64,000 nt of DNA from Candidatus Cloacimonadales bacterium (lineage in GTDB: Bacteria; Cloacimonadota; Cloacimonadia; Cloacimonadales; JAFGVF01): positions 544,001 through 608,000 of the forward strand of contig OY759729.1 in the NCBI GenBank assembly GCA_963662585.1, in the 5' to 3' direction. The notes under the pieces were generated by a model, which had not been told where the DNA came from, did no database searches, and saw nothing but the letters and a program-made list of their open reading frames with translations. This document shows positions 1 to 12,055 of the stretch, one piece after another (positions within the stretch are counted from its first letter, which is position 1; every line of letters begins with the position of its first letter). Made by a program: the position numbers and the translations under genes.

Positions 1-916
1 TAACAAGACGCATTCCGTCTCTACCTGATTCATCACGGATATCGCTAATACCTTCTATTCTCTTATCTTTAACTAAACTAGCTATTTTTTCAATAAGCAA
101 GGTTTTGTTAAGCATATAAGGTATTTCGGAAATAATGATAGATTCTTGTCCTGTTTTTTTATCAGTATGAATATCTGCTTTTCCCCTAATAGTAAGCTTT
201 CCTCTACCTGTTTCAAAATACTCTTTAATGCCTGAGCGACCAACAACAGAACCACCAGTTGGGAAGTCAGGTCCTGGAATAATCTGCATCAATTCTAGAG
301 AAGTAATCTCAGGATTATCTACAGTTTCTACAATAGCATCACATACTTCTGCTAAGTTATGAGGAGCCATATTAGTAGCCATACCAACAGCAATACCTGA
401 AGAACCGTTAATTAAAAGGTTTGGAAGTCTACTAGGAAAAACTTCTGGTTCTTTTCTAGTTTCGTCATAGTTACTTTTAAAGTTAACAGTATCTTTATCT
501 AAGTCCATCATTAAGTCTATAGCAGTTTTATGTAATCTTGCTTCTGTATAACGCATAGCAGCAGGTGGATCACCATCTATAGAACCGAAGTTACCTTGTC
601 CGTTAATTAAGGGGTATCTAAGATTCCAATCTTGAGCTAATCTAACTAAAGTTGGGTAAACAACTTGTTCACCATGAGGGTGATAGTTACCTGATGTATC
701 ACCAGCAATTTTAGCACATTTTCTAAAATGTCCACCAGGAACTAAATTTAGCTCATTCATCGCAAAGAGTATTCTTCGCTGGGAGGGTTTTAAACCATCT
801 CTCACATCTGGTAAGGCACGAGAGACAATAACACTCATTGAATAGGCCATATATGAAGTTTTTAATTCTTCTTCTATTTGTCTAACAATTATATTTTTAT
901 CTTTAATTAATTCCAT
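1..916 (-). CDS. gyrA: DNA gyrase subunit A (5' part; runs off window)
   Basis: Manual translation from ATG at 916 (AAGGAG RBS at 925-930): MELIKDKK...SRALPDVRDGLKPSQRR...YHPHGE...GNFGSIDGDPPAAMRYTE; directly downstream of gyrB. Confidence 0.95.
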   Translation of the reverse strand, partial: MELIKDKNIIVRQIEEELKTSYMAYSMSVIVSRALPDVRDGLKPSQRRILFAMNELNLVPGGHFRKCAKIAGDTSGNYHPHGEQVVYPTLVRLAQDWNLRYPLINGQGNFGSIDGDPPAAMRYTEARLHKTAIDLMMDLDKDTVNFKSNYDETRKEPEVFPSRLPNLLINGSSGIAVGMATNMAPHNLAEVCDAIVETVDNPEITSLELMQIIPGPDFPTGGSVVGRSGIKEYFETGRGKLTIRGKADIHTDKKTGQESIIISEIPYMLNKTLLIEKIASLVKDKRIEGISDIRDESGRDGMRLV

Positions 917-932
917 TAATAATTCTCCTTAG

Positions 933-2843
<1,911 letters not shown>

Positions 2844-3240
2844 TTAGTTGATTTTCAATAAGTTAGAACATCATTAGCACTGATTTTCATCATAAAACCA
2901 GATACTGTTAAATTTGTAATATATCTTGATAAAATTTACAAATCTTCCTTCAAATTAACTAATCCCAATTTATCAAGATTGATCATTTTTGTCAACAGAT
3001 TTTTGACTTTTTTTTATCTTTTTTTTAGAGTGTCATAAAAGCTTGTTTTATCCTCTATTTATCAGGCTTTTAAGCTATTTTTTAGCCTAGTATTTTTACT
3101 AATTTTTACTAGTTTTAATATGGGTATTTATTATAAATAGTTGACAAGAATTAAAGATAGAAAAAATGCTTAAAAAAAAACTTTTATTGACAACTTTTTT
3201 GTATTAATTTTAGATATATAAAAACTAATCGAGGTATAAA

Positions 3241-3456
3241 ATGAGTTATCAAGATGAACTTAGGGAGCAGGCTCAGAAAAGAGCTAAAAGAAATCATAGA
3301 ACAAAGATGATTATGTTAATCGTATTTCTAATTGTAGTATTTTATATTATTCATTTTTTAGGCAAGCAGAGTGAACAAATTGAGACAAAGAAGATTCAGA
3401 TTAAATCCAAAACTACTCAAGAACAAAGCCTACCTAGCACAAATGAAACTAAATAG
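3241..3456 (+). CDS. Small single-pass membrane protein, unknown function
   Basis: GAGG RBS, TTGACA promoter elements upstream, one hydrophobic helix; overlaps next gene start. Confidence 0.65.
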   Translation: MSYQDELREQAQKRAKRNHRTKMIMLIVFLIVVFYIIHFLGKQSEQIETKKIQIKSKTTQEQSLPSTNETK

Positions 3457-3937
3457 CAAGCTCAAGATATTACTATATTTTATTATAATTGCTTTAAGTA
3501 CTTATGCTGTATCCCTTTGTAGTGAAGAGATAGAACATAATATTGATTTTCAGCATGAAGGGGATTTATGGTTTTTACCATCCGACATGCATGATTCTTT
3601 ATATGTTAAGATTGAGTTTGCCGAATCTAGTTCAGAAATGATGCAGGGCTTGATGTATCGCGAATCTATGAATAAAGATGAAGGTATGCTTTTTATTTAT
3701 CAGTACAATCAAGAAATGAATTTTTGGATGAAGAATACTCACATTCCCCTAGATATGATTTTCATTGATGAGAATGGATTTGTTGTAGATATGCATGAAC
3801 ACGCAGTGGCATTTTCAGAAAAGAACATTTCGAGCACAGTTCTAAGTAGATTTGTCTTAGAAGTCAATGAAGGTTTTTGTGAGAAAAATTATATAATTAT
3901 TGGAGATAAAATTAAATGGCTAAAACACAAAGATTAA
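3443..3937 (+). CDS. DUF192 family protein
   Basis: QGLMYRE, GMLFIY, FWMKNTHIPLDMIFID, VLEVNEG motifs; likely start ATG 3443 with N-terminal hydrophobic segment. Confidence 0.9.
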   Translation: MKLNSKLKILLYFIIIALSTYAVSLCSEEIEHNIDFQHEGDLWFLPSDMHDSLYVKIEFAESSSEMMQGLMYRESMNKDEGMLFIYQYNQEMNFWMKNTHIPLDMIFIDENGFVVDMHEHAVAFSEKNISSTVLSRFVLEVNEGFCEKNYIIIGDKIKWLKHKD

Positions 3938-4803
3938 CACTTTATATTGTCAGTATATTTCTTATAATGACATTCTCAGCATGTCAAAAAAGTGAGAAGG
4001 GAAATTCTGCTAATGAAAATATTGATTCCGACACTCTCACTTACCAAGTAGATGATTCTATCGATAAGATAATTGAATCTACTGAAGTTTTTCAAGATAA
4101 TGATTCTCCAATGCTAACTGTTATTATAGATGATTTTGGAAATTATAACAATTTTATGTTGGATTCTTTATTGGTTAAATTTGGTAAATTACCTAAGGAA
4201 GTTTCTTTTGCCATATTACCTAACCTCCCCTACTCCGAATTTGTAATGGAATATTTTCAATATGATGATAGAGAGCTCTTGCTTCATTCACCTTTAGAGC
4301 CTCAAAATAGTAAAATTAATGCTGGTGATGTTGTTATCAAGTGTGAAGATGATGCTATAACAATTATCAATAAATTGAATGATTTTTACGCAAAATTACC
4401 TAATGTTAAAGGATTGAATAATCACATGGGTAGCAAAGCAACAGAAGATGTTGATGTTATGACTACAATACTAGAGTGGTGTCAAGCTAACAATCTCTAT
4501 TTTATTGATTCTGCAACTACTCCTAAGAGTGTAGGATTAAAACTAGCTAGAGAACTTGGAGTTCCAACAGCTAAGCGGGATATTTTTTTAGATGTTCCTA
4601 ATCCTAGCCAGGAGACTGTGAATAATTACCTAGAAAAAATGAAAAAATATTATGATACTAAGCGGAATATCTTAGTTATAACTCATGCTAGTACTCTAGA
4701 AAGAAGAGATAATCTTCAGTATTTTATTGACCAAGCTAAAATTATAGGCTACAGATTGGTTCCTGTTTCTGAATATATCTCACCAGTCCCTAAGCCAATA
4801 TAA
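3916..4803 (+). CDS. Divergent polysaccharide deacetylase family lipoprotein (YibQ-like)
   Basis: IIDDFG, LLHSPLEP, GLNNHMGS, FIDSAT, RDIFLD motifs; lipobox-like FSAC. Confidence 0.9.
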   Translation: MAKTQRLTLYIVSIFLIMTFSACQKSEKGNSANENIDSDTLTYQVDDSIDKIIESTEVFQDNDSPMLTVIIDDFGNYNNFMLDSLLVKFGKLPKEVSFAILPNLPYSEFVMEYFQYDDRELLLHSPLEPQNSKINAGDVVIKCEDDAITIINKLNDFYAKLPNVKGLNNHMGSKATEDVDVMTTILEWCQANNLYFIDSATTPKSVGLKLARELGVPTAKRDIFLDVPNPSQETVNNYLEKMKKYYDTKRNILVITHASTLERRDNLQYFIDQAKIIGYRLVPVSEYISPVPKPI

Positions 4804-5014
4804 GATTCTTAGTATGAATTAATCATCTTTAGCTTGATTGATTACTAGTGTCTTTCAAGCTATCACAATATTCTCTTCCCTTCCTCCTCCTTACTCATTT
4901 CCAATAATATTTGATTACTTATTGCGATGAGTGAGCAGGAGAATCAAGAGAGCAAGGAGCCAGCATCATTAATCTAATAACATTCAACATGTTAAGTGAC
5001 TATTTTCTAGATAT

Positions 5015-6229
5015 TTACAGTCTTTTTTTATCCCTCTTACTAAATTCTAAAGCCAATCCTCCGCCAGATGTTTCTTTGTAGAGAGAAGGAATATCATGAC
5101 CTGTTTGTTTCATAACCCTGACAACTTCATCAAATTTCACGAAATGTGTTCCATCCGAGAATAGGGCATAAATTGAAGCAGACATTGCAGATCTAACAGC
5201 AAAGGCATTTCTTTCTATACAGGGAATCTGAACTAAGCCACAGATTGGATCGCAGGTCAAACCAAGATTATGCTCTAATCCGATTTCAGCAGCATACTCA
5301 ATTTGCTTTATAGAACCCCCCATTAACTGAGTTGCTGCAGCAGCAGCCATAGAACAAGCAGTACCTATCTCTCCCTGACAACCAACTTCAGCACCTGAAA
5401 TTGAAGCATTATATTTTACTAAATTACCTACTAATCCAGCAGTTGCTAGTGCCTTGATAATTTCATCTTCTCTGAGATTCATATCTTCTTGAAGAAAATA
5501 GAGTATGCCTGGTAAAACACCTGATGAACCACAGGTAGGAGCTGTAACTACTTTTCCTGCAGAGGCATTTTCTTCAGCAACTGCAAGTGCATAGGCATAT
5601 AAAAAACCTGATTGTTTATACTGCTTTCCCATAATTTGAGCTTTTCTATGATATTGATATGCTTTACGAGCAACACCTAATCCTCCAGGTAAAACCCCTT
5701 CAGTAATAAGTCCCTTCTCTACAGATTGCCTCATAATATGCCAAACTTTTAAGAGATGTTCTTTTAGACTATTATCTTCATTTTCAAAAACATACTCCCA
5801 AAATGATTTTCCTGCTTTTAAGCAATAGGCAATAATATCATCCATTTGATTAAAAGGATAGAATGATTCATACTTAATAATCTCACCTTCATATTGCAAA
5901 GCACCACCCCCGATGCTATAAACAATTTCTTCCTTAAGAAGTTTTCCATCAGTATCATAAGCTTGAAACTTCAATCCATTGGGATGCTGAGGTAGAAATT
6001 CTTGAGGAAACCATAATATCTCATATTCTATTGGTTCTAATATAGCAATAATTGCTTTATCTGTGAGATGGCCTTTACCTGTTGCTGCTAAACTCCCATA
6101 TAGGGTGACGATTATTTTGGCTGCTCCAATGTTTGCCTCTTTAAATCTAAGTGCGGCATTACTTGGTCCCATAGTATGACTACTCGAAGGTCCATAACCT
6201 ATTTTATATAAATTTTTTAATGAATCCAT
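5015..6229 (-). CDS. sdaA: L-serine ammonia-lyase, Fe-S dependent, single chain
   Basis: GPSSSHTMGP, GSLAATGKGH, TAPTCGS, GAEVGCQGE, GLTCDP, IPCIERN motifs. Confidence 0.95.
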   Translation of the reverse strand: MDSLKNLYKIGYGPSSSHTMGPSNAALRFKEANIGAAKIIVTLYGSLAATGKGHLTDKAIIAILEPIEYEILWFPQEFLPQHPNGLKFQAYDTDGKLLKEEIVYSIGGGALQYEGEIIKYESFYPFNQMDDIIAYCLKAGKSFWEYVFENEDNSLKEHLLKVWHIMRQSVEKGLITEGVLPGGLGVARKAYQYHRKAQIMGKQYKQSGFLYAYALAVAEENASAGKVVTAPTCGSSGVLPGILYFLQEDMNLREDEIIKALATAGLVGNLVKYNASISGAEVGCQGEIGTACSMAAAAATQLMGGSIKQIEYAAEIGLEHNLGLTCDPICGLVQIPCIERNAFAVRSAMSASIYALFSDGTHFVKFDEVVRVMKQTGHDIPSLYKETSGGGLALEFSKRDKKRL

Positions 6230-6374
6230 TATCTTTCCTTTTCTTGGGTATATGATTTAATATTTAACTTAAGGCATGTATAAGTTTAGTGCAAAAACTG
6301 ACTCTCTAGTAAATTAGTCAATGAAAATCGCTTCACTTGATTTAGCAGGAAGATTTTATATGTTGAAATAATAC

Positions 6375-6407
6375 AAAAAAAAAGAGCTAAGAATATTCTT
6401 AGCTCTT
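6375..6407 (-). terminator. Intrinsic terminator after secF
   Basis: Perfect palindrome AAGAGCTAAGAATATTCTTAGCTCTT followed by T-run on minus strand. Confidence 0.8.
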
Positions 6408-6445
6408 CATATTTTATAAGTTATGATCTAATATTAAATCACAAA

Positions 6446-7438
6446 TTAGTTCTTTTTTAAGATTCTGCTAAACACATTTGAATCATTGTGTTTTGAGTGG
6501 AAATAGTCAAGCACTATAGGACTTGCAACAAATATTGATGAATAAGTACCGATTATTGTACCGAGAATAATTGCTAAAGCAAAATCTCTAATAACGATAC
6601 CTGCGAACACATAAAGTGAAACAGCAGCAATCAATGTTGTTAACGAAGTAATAATAGTTCTACTGATTGTCCGGTTAATAGCAATATTGAAAACACTGTC
6701 TAAATCCTGACCAGTCTTACGCTTTCTCATATCTTCTCTAATTCTATCAAATACCACAATAGTATCATTAATAGAATAACCCACGATTGATAAAATAGCA
6801 GCAATAATTGCAGCAGAAACATCTAATCCGAAGATACTAAATACACCAAGAACAATTATAACATCATGGAAAAGAGCGATAATAGCTGCAATACCAAAAT
6901 TGAACTGGAATCTAATACCGATATAGATAACCATTAAAATTAAAGCAATGATAACTGAGTTAAATGCTTTACCTTTAAGTTCTTTACCAATAGAACCAGA
7001 AACAACTTCAATATTAGTTGCTCTTTCATCGACTTTATAATTTTTAATGTTAGTAGTAATAGCGTTTAAGATATCTGATTGACCTAAACCTTCATCACTC
7101 CCTTCAATTTGTTCAGCTTCTCTTGTTTTGATTAAGAAAAGAGCTGATTTTACATTCTTACTTGTATTTTCTTCATCACCATCAATTTTATAAGTAAGCT
7201 TTTGAATTACAGCATCAGTGATGCCATCATTTTCTAAAGCAAGTCTGATTTCATCAACACTAATAGGATCTGAATCAGGATTAATAGGGTCAATTTTGAC
7301 CATAATCTGTTGTCCACCTGTAAAATCAATACTCCAATTTGGACCTTTAATAAGTAAGGCAGCAATACTTATAATAACTAATATGGTTGAAATAATATAT
7401 GTTATTTTACGGTTATATATAAAGTTAAATTTTTCCAT
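6446..7438 (-). CDS. secF: Protein translocase subunit SecF
   Basis: IDFTGG, FHDV, GYSINDTIVVFDRIRE, GTYSSIFVA motifs; downstream of secD. Confidence 0.96.
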   Translation of the reverse strand: MEKFNFIYNRKITYIISTILVIISIAALLIKGPNWSIDFTGGQQIMVKIDPINPDSDPISVDEIRLALENDGITDAVIQKLTYKIDGDEENTSKNVKSALFLIKTREAEQIEGSDEGLGQSDILNAITTNIKNYKVDERATNIEVVSGSIGKELKGKAFNSVIIALILMVIYIGIRFQFNFGIAAIIALFHDVIIVLGVFSIFGLDVSAAIIAAILSIVGYSINDTIVVFDRIREDMRKRKTGQDLDSVFNIAINRTISRTIITSLTTLIAAVSLYVFAGIVIRDFALAIILGTIIGTYSSIFVASPIVLDYFHSKHNDSNVFSRILKKN

Positions 7439-7449
7439 TTATTTCTCCC

Positions 7450-9009
7450 TTAGATACTAAGTTTCTCTTTTTTCTTACCAATGATAAAGGTATTGAACAT
7501 AGATTTCACTAAAATAATTGCAGAGAACATAGAACCAATAATACCTATCATTAAGGTAACAGCAAATCCTCTAATAGCTCCACTACCGAAACTATAAAGA
7601 ACAACTGCAGCGATTAAAGTTGTAATGTTTGCATCTGTAATTGTGATAACAGCTCTGTCAAAACCTGCTTCAATAGCAGAATTAACAGATTTGCCTAATT
7701 TTAATTCTTCTTTAATTCTTTCAAATATAAGTACATTAGCATCAACAGCCATACCTATAGTAAGAATAATACCAGCAATACCAGGCATTGTTAAGGCTGC
7801 ACCAAACATAGTTAGCATACCTAAAATGAATAATATATTAAAAATCAAGGCAATATTTGCATAAATACCAGAAACTTTATAATATACAAGCATGAATATA
7901 AAGATAACTGCTAAGCCAATAATACCAGCTAACTTACCTTTTTCAATACTATCTTTACCTAGTGAAGGACCTACTGTGCTTTCTTGAGCAATTTTTAAAG
8001 GAGCTTTTAAAGAACCATTATTAAGAATATTAGTAAGATCTTCTGCTTCTGTTACTGAAAAACTTCCAGTAATAACAGCTCTTCCACCAGGGATTCTTCC
8101 TTGGATATTTGGAGCTGAGTAGACAACATTATCTAAAACGATAGCTAACTGTCTACCTACATTATCACCAGTTACTTTAGCAAATAAGTCAGCACCAGTT
8201 CTATCAAACTCTAAATTAATTTCAGGTGAATTTGAACTTTTAAGTTGTGATGAAGAAGCTGTATCAAATCTCCAACTTGCTTCTTTAAGAACTGAACCAT
8301 CTAATTCAGCTTTTGAACTAAGAATAACAAAAGGAACTCCACGAGCTGCTTTCATTTCATCGTTAGCTTTCATTAAAGCTAATTGGTGATTACCTGATAA
8401 TACTCTTTGTTGAGCAAATAATGAGTCTGTGTAAGGTCTTAAAAATTCTAAGAATTCAGGACGAACAAATCCATTGGTAGCCATAAAAGTAGAGAAAGGT
8501 TTTTTAACCTGTTCTTCTGTAGGATCAGGAATATTTGCTTTTTCACTGATAGCTTTGATTTGAGCAATTTTTTTAGCAAAATACTTATCGATTTCACCAA
8601 CTGCTCTGTCACTTCTAAATCCATTAGCTACTAATTTGAATTCTAAAAGAGCTGTTTGACCAAGAAGTTTTTTTGCTCTTGCTGGGTCTTTGATACCAGG
8701 CAATTGCACAATAATCTGTTTAGTTCCTTTCTTTTGGATAACCGGTTCTGTAAGACCGAATTTATCCACACGGTTACGAATAACTTCAATATTTGAATCT
8801 AAAGCTTTCTCAATTTCTGATGTTCCAGTTAATTCAGAAGTATCTACTTCTAAAACAAAATATGAACCACCGGCTAAATCTAACCCTAAGTTTAATTTCT
8901 TATCGGCGAAATTTAGAGGTGAGCCATTATCGAACATCACATATACAAAATATGCAGTAGCAATTAAAAAAAATGCTATCAAGATTCTGTTAAATGTTGA
9001 ATTTCTCAT
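7450..9009 (-). CDS. secD: Protein translocase subunit SecD
   Basis: LGLDLAGG, VGPSLG, GMAVDANVLIFERIKEE, DANITT motifs; likely start ATG 9009 after GAGGGA. Confidence 0.96.
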   Translation of the reverse strand: MRNSTFNRILIAFFLIATAYFVYVMFDNGSPLNFADKKLNLGLDLAGGSYFVLEVDTSELTGTSEIEKALDSNIEVIRNRVDKFGLTEPVIQKKGTKQIIVQLPGIKDPARAKKLLGQTALLEFKLVANGFRSDRAVGEIDKYFAKKIAQIKAISEKANIPDPTEEQVKKPFSTFMATNGFVRPEFLEFLRPYTDSLFAQQRVLSGNHQLALMKANDEMKAARGVPFVILSSKAELDGSVLKEASWRFDTASSSQLKSSNSPEINLEFDRTGADLFAKVTGDNVGRQLAIVLDNVVYSAPNIQGRIPGGRAVITGSFSVTEAEDLTNILNNGSLKAPLKIAQESTVGPSLGKDSIEKGKLAGIIGLAVIFIFMLVYYKVSGIYANIALIFNILFILGMLTMFGAALTMPGIAGIILTIGMAVDANVLIFERIKEELKLGKSVNSAIEAGFDRAVITITDANITTLIAAVVLYSFGSGAIRGFAVTLMIGIIGSMFSAIILVKSMFNTFIIGKKKEKLSI

Positions 9010-9199
9010 CGATAACTCCCTCATGTATTAATAAAATTTTATTTATCATTTTTTTAAAAATCAATACAATATCTTATTGTCGTGTTAATAAGTCAAGTAT
9101 TTTAATTTATTTCTCATTTTTTTATTTATCTAAATTATTCCTTATAATAAATTGTTGCACAACTTTCTTATTTCTTTACAAAAAGCCTAGTAATCTTTA

Positions 9200-9505
9200 C
9201 TAGTCTTGGTTTTTATTGGTAAAACCTATTGCTTTATTTGTTTCAGGTAGGCCTTTTATTACAATTTCACCATACTGCTTTTCATAATTTTCAATATTAG
9301 TTTTTAGTGAATTCAAGAATTGTTTAGCATGTTGAGGTGTTTTAATAATTCTACTTAGGATTTTAGCATCCTGTAAGCCTGGTAACATCCTTCCAAAATC
9401 TATAATAAATTCAGATTGGTTATGAGAAATTACTACTAAATTTGAATAGACCCCTTCCCCAACCTTTTCATCTAACTTTAAGTTAATTTGTTTCTTATTT
9501 TGCAT
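9200..9505 (-). CDS. DUF3467 domain-containing protein
   Basis: EGVYSNLVVISHNQSEFIIDF...SRII.TPQHAK pattern; start ATG 9505 after GAGGAG. Confidence 0.8.
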   Translation of the reverse strand: MQNKKQINLKLDEKVGEGVYSNLVVISHNQSEFIIDFGRMLPGLQDAKILSRIIKTPQHAKQFLNSLKTNIENYEKQYGEIVIKGLPETNKAIGFTNKNQD

Positions 9506-9577
9506 TCCTTCTCCTCTCAAAATTTTCAATTTTCAAATTATACAAAATCTTTATAAACTGTCAATATTTTTTATTAA

Positions 9578-9829
9578 TTACTTATCTTTTTGTCTTTTTT
9601 TACCTTCAAGAAAGACTATTTCATATATATTTTTTAAGTAACCGTAATCTAATTTATAGCTAGAAGCTAAGCTCTTTAAGCTCTCTGTTATCTCCTGCTC
9701 CCTTCCTTTGTCTTCAATCTTTAGCTTATATTGCTTAGATTCTAAAGCTAGATCCATTCTTTTACTAAGTAGTCTAACTATCTCTCTATCAATTTCATCA
9801 ATCTCTTTTCTAATTCTTTCTAGACTCAT
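9578..9829 (-). CDS. Monofunctional chorismate mutase (AroQ type)
   Basis: LERIRKEIDEIDREIVRLLSKR...K...D..RE pattern; last gene of aro operon. Confidence 0.85.
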   Translation of the reverse strand: MSLERIRKEIDEIDREIVRLLSKRMDLALESKQYKLKIEDKGREQEITESLKSLASSYKLDYGYLKNIYEIVFLEGKKRQKDK

Positions 9830-10814
9830 ATCCCCTCACTTCAGAAATTCTAAGCAAATAAAGATCTGCTAAAACTATAGCAGTAACAGCTTCTATAATT
9901 ACTGGCACTCTTAAACCGAAACATACATCATGACGACCAGGAATAGAAAACTCAACTATTTTATTCTCTTTATAAGAAAAACTTTTCTGTTCTCTAGCAA
10001 TGCTGGCAGTAGGTTTAACTTCTACTGAGAATTCTAAATTATTCCCATTAGTAATTCCAGCAACTATTCCACCAGAATTATTAGTTTTAGTTTTTCCAGA
10101 TTCATTTATAATAATGTCATTATATTCACTTCCAAAAGATTTTGAAGGTGATTTTTCTAGACCAAATTTAAGAGATTTGACCCCAGGAATACTAAAGATA
10201 GCATGGGCTAGTAGAGATTCAACCGAATCAAAAAAAGGCTCTCCTAAAGCAAGAGGCAGATTCTTAACTATACAGTGAATTTCAGCACCTAAAGAATCTC
10301 TGTTTTTAATCGCAGTATCTAGTATTTCATCAAAATCTTTCTTATTACCTATTTTATGTAGCTTTGCCTCAATTTGAATATTATGGATTATCTCTTTAGC
10401 GATAAAACCTGCGGCTACTAAACCCACAGTTAACCTACCAGAGAAGTGTCCACCACCATTAATATCATTAAAGCCATGATATTTTTTCTTAGCAACAAAA
10501 TCACTATGATTAGGTCGAGGAATATCTTGGACTTGATCATAATTTGCAGAATGAACATTAGCGTTGGCGAAAGTAATAAGAATTGGAGCACCAGTAGTAA
10601 TATTATTTTGCATTCCGCTCTTAAAATCAGGGATATCTCCCTCTTTTCGAGGAGTTGTTCCCTTTAAATGTGGTTTTCTTCTTTGCAAAAAGTTAGTTAG
10701 TTCATCTTGATCAATTAATAAACCAGCAGGTACACCGTCAATAATGACACCTACTTCGCTACCGTGAGATTCTCCAAAAATTTCCACTCGGAATAATCTT
10801 CCAAAACTGTTCAT
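9810..10814 (-). CDS. aroC: Chorismate synthase
   Basis: FGESHG, PRPNHSD, GGGHFSGRLT, KPTASI, GRHD motifs. Confidence 0.95.
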   Translation of the reverse strand: MNSFGRLFRVEIFGESHGSEVGVIIDGVPAGLLIDQDELTNFLQRRKPHLKGTTPRKEGDIPDFKSGMQNNITTGAPILITFANANVHSANYDQVQDIPRPNHSDFVAKKKYHGFNDINGGGHFSGRLTVGLVAAGFIAKEIIHNIQIEAKLHKIGNKKDFDEILDTAIKNRDSLGAEIHCIVKNLPLALGEPFFDSVESLLAHAIFSIPGVKSLKFGLEKSPSKSFGSEYNDIIINESGKTKTNNSGGIVAGITNGNNLEFSVEVKPTASIAREQKSFSYKENKIVEFSIPGRHDVCFGLRVPVIIEAVTAIVLADLYLLRISEVRGYESRKN

Positions 10815-12055
10815 ATTTCTACTCCTATTAGTTTCAAATCATTAAGAAAATTTGGATATGACTTATTAATACACTGATAGTTATCAATAGTAATTTTATC
10901 TCTACTAATGACATTTAGTATCAGGGCAGACATAGCAATTCTATGATCATTAAAGGTTTTCACTAAGCCTCCGGAGACTTCCGAAGGATTGATTACTAAA
11001 GTATCATCACATAAATCATAGCTAACTTCTAGTACTTTTAGCATCTCAATAATAGAGATTAATCTATCAGATTCTTTATCTCTTAATCTATAGCAATTTC
11101 TAAACTCAGAAGAGCTTGTAGCAGTAATTGCAAGAGCAACTAAAACTGGTGCTAAATCTGGATTAGAAGTAAGATCAAAAGTAAAACCTTGAACTTCAGA
11201 CTTCTTTACTTCTAGTGTCGTTGAATTAGGGAAAGAGTAATTACCACCTATTTTATCAAGTAGCTTTAAAATTATTCTATCAGGTAAAGACGGAGCATCT
11301 ATGATATTTCTGATGGTAACATCACCATTTATAATCCCCAAAACAATAAAAAAGCTTAAAGAAGACCAATCAGATTCTCCTGTTATTTCCCTAAAATCAT
11401 ATTGTTGATTTCCAGGGATTAGTAGTTTTTCTCCATCTAACCATTTATAGCTAATCCCTGAAGACTCTAAATATTTGAGGGTAAGGTCTATATAAGGCCT
11501 ACTCACTATCTTATTTATATTGAGAATTGATTCCTTAGGTAATAATGGCAAAGCAAATATCAATCCAGAGAGAAATTGGGAAGATTGATTCTCAGATATT
11601 AGTAACTCTCCTGCTTGAAGACTTCCTTGAATAATTACAGGAAGTTTTGAACTAGAAGCTGATAATCCAACTTTTTGAGCAAACTCCTCTATTCCTAACT
11701 CTCGCTTCAAAAGGGTTCCTTCTCCTCTTATTACAAATTCAGGCGAGAAAAGTGTTCCTATACTCACCATTACTCTGGCTAAAAAACCTGATTCCCCTAC
11801 TTGAAGTGTTAAATGTCTCTTTTTCTCAAAATCTGATTTACTAGGGAAAAGCTCTAAATCATCATTATTCCATGAATATGAAAGTCCTTTTAATGAAGAA
11901 ATTAAATCAATGCCGACCAAAACATCTTGGCAAAGAGAGATATTATGAATAGTAATTGGGCCTTCTGCTCTTGTTAAAGAAGAACAAATTATAGCTCGAA
12001 GTGAGCTACTTTTTGAGGCAGGAGCTTTAATTGTTCCTGAAAATATCTGCATCAT
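10811..12055 (-). CDS. aroA: 3-phosphoshikimate 1-carboxyvinyltransferase
   Basis: PASKS..LRA, GESG, SSQFLSG, SRPYIDLT, RLRDKESDR, DHRIAMS, KSYP motifs; start approximate (12055/12052). Confidence 0.93.
   Translation of the reverse strand: MMQIFSGTIKAPASKSSSLRAIICSSLTRAEGPITIHNISLCQDVLVGIDLISSLKGLSYSWNNDDLELFPSKSDFEKKRHLTLQVGESGFLARVMVSIGTLFSPEFVIRGEGTLLKRELGIEEFAQKVGLSASSSKLPVIIQGSLQAGELLISENQSSQFLSGLIFALPLLPKESILNINKIVSRPYIDLTLKYLESSGISYKWLDGEKLLIPGNQQYDFREITGESDWSSLSFFIVLGIINGDVTIRNIIDAPSLPDRIILKLLDKIGGNYSFPNSTTLEVKKSEVQGFTFDLTSNPDLAPVLVALAITATSSSEFRNCYRLRDKESDRLISIIEMLKVLEVSYDLCDDTLVINPSEVSGGLVKTFNDHRIAMSALILNVISRDKITIDNYQCINKSYPNFLNDLKLIGVEI

Noticed and set aside
2844..3240. Possible oriC in the AT-rich gap upstream of gyrB
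   Set aside because: No TTATCCACA-type DnaA box cluster seen; divergent promoters explain the region.
7218..10667. Short plus-strand ORFs (7218, 7625, 8690, 8994, 10000, 10446)
   Set aside because: Antisense shadows of secF, secD and aroC or low-complexity intergenic sequence; no motifs.
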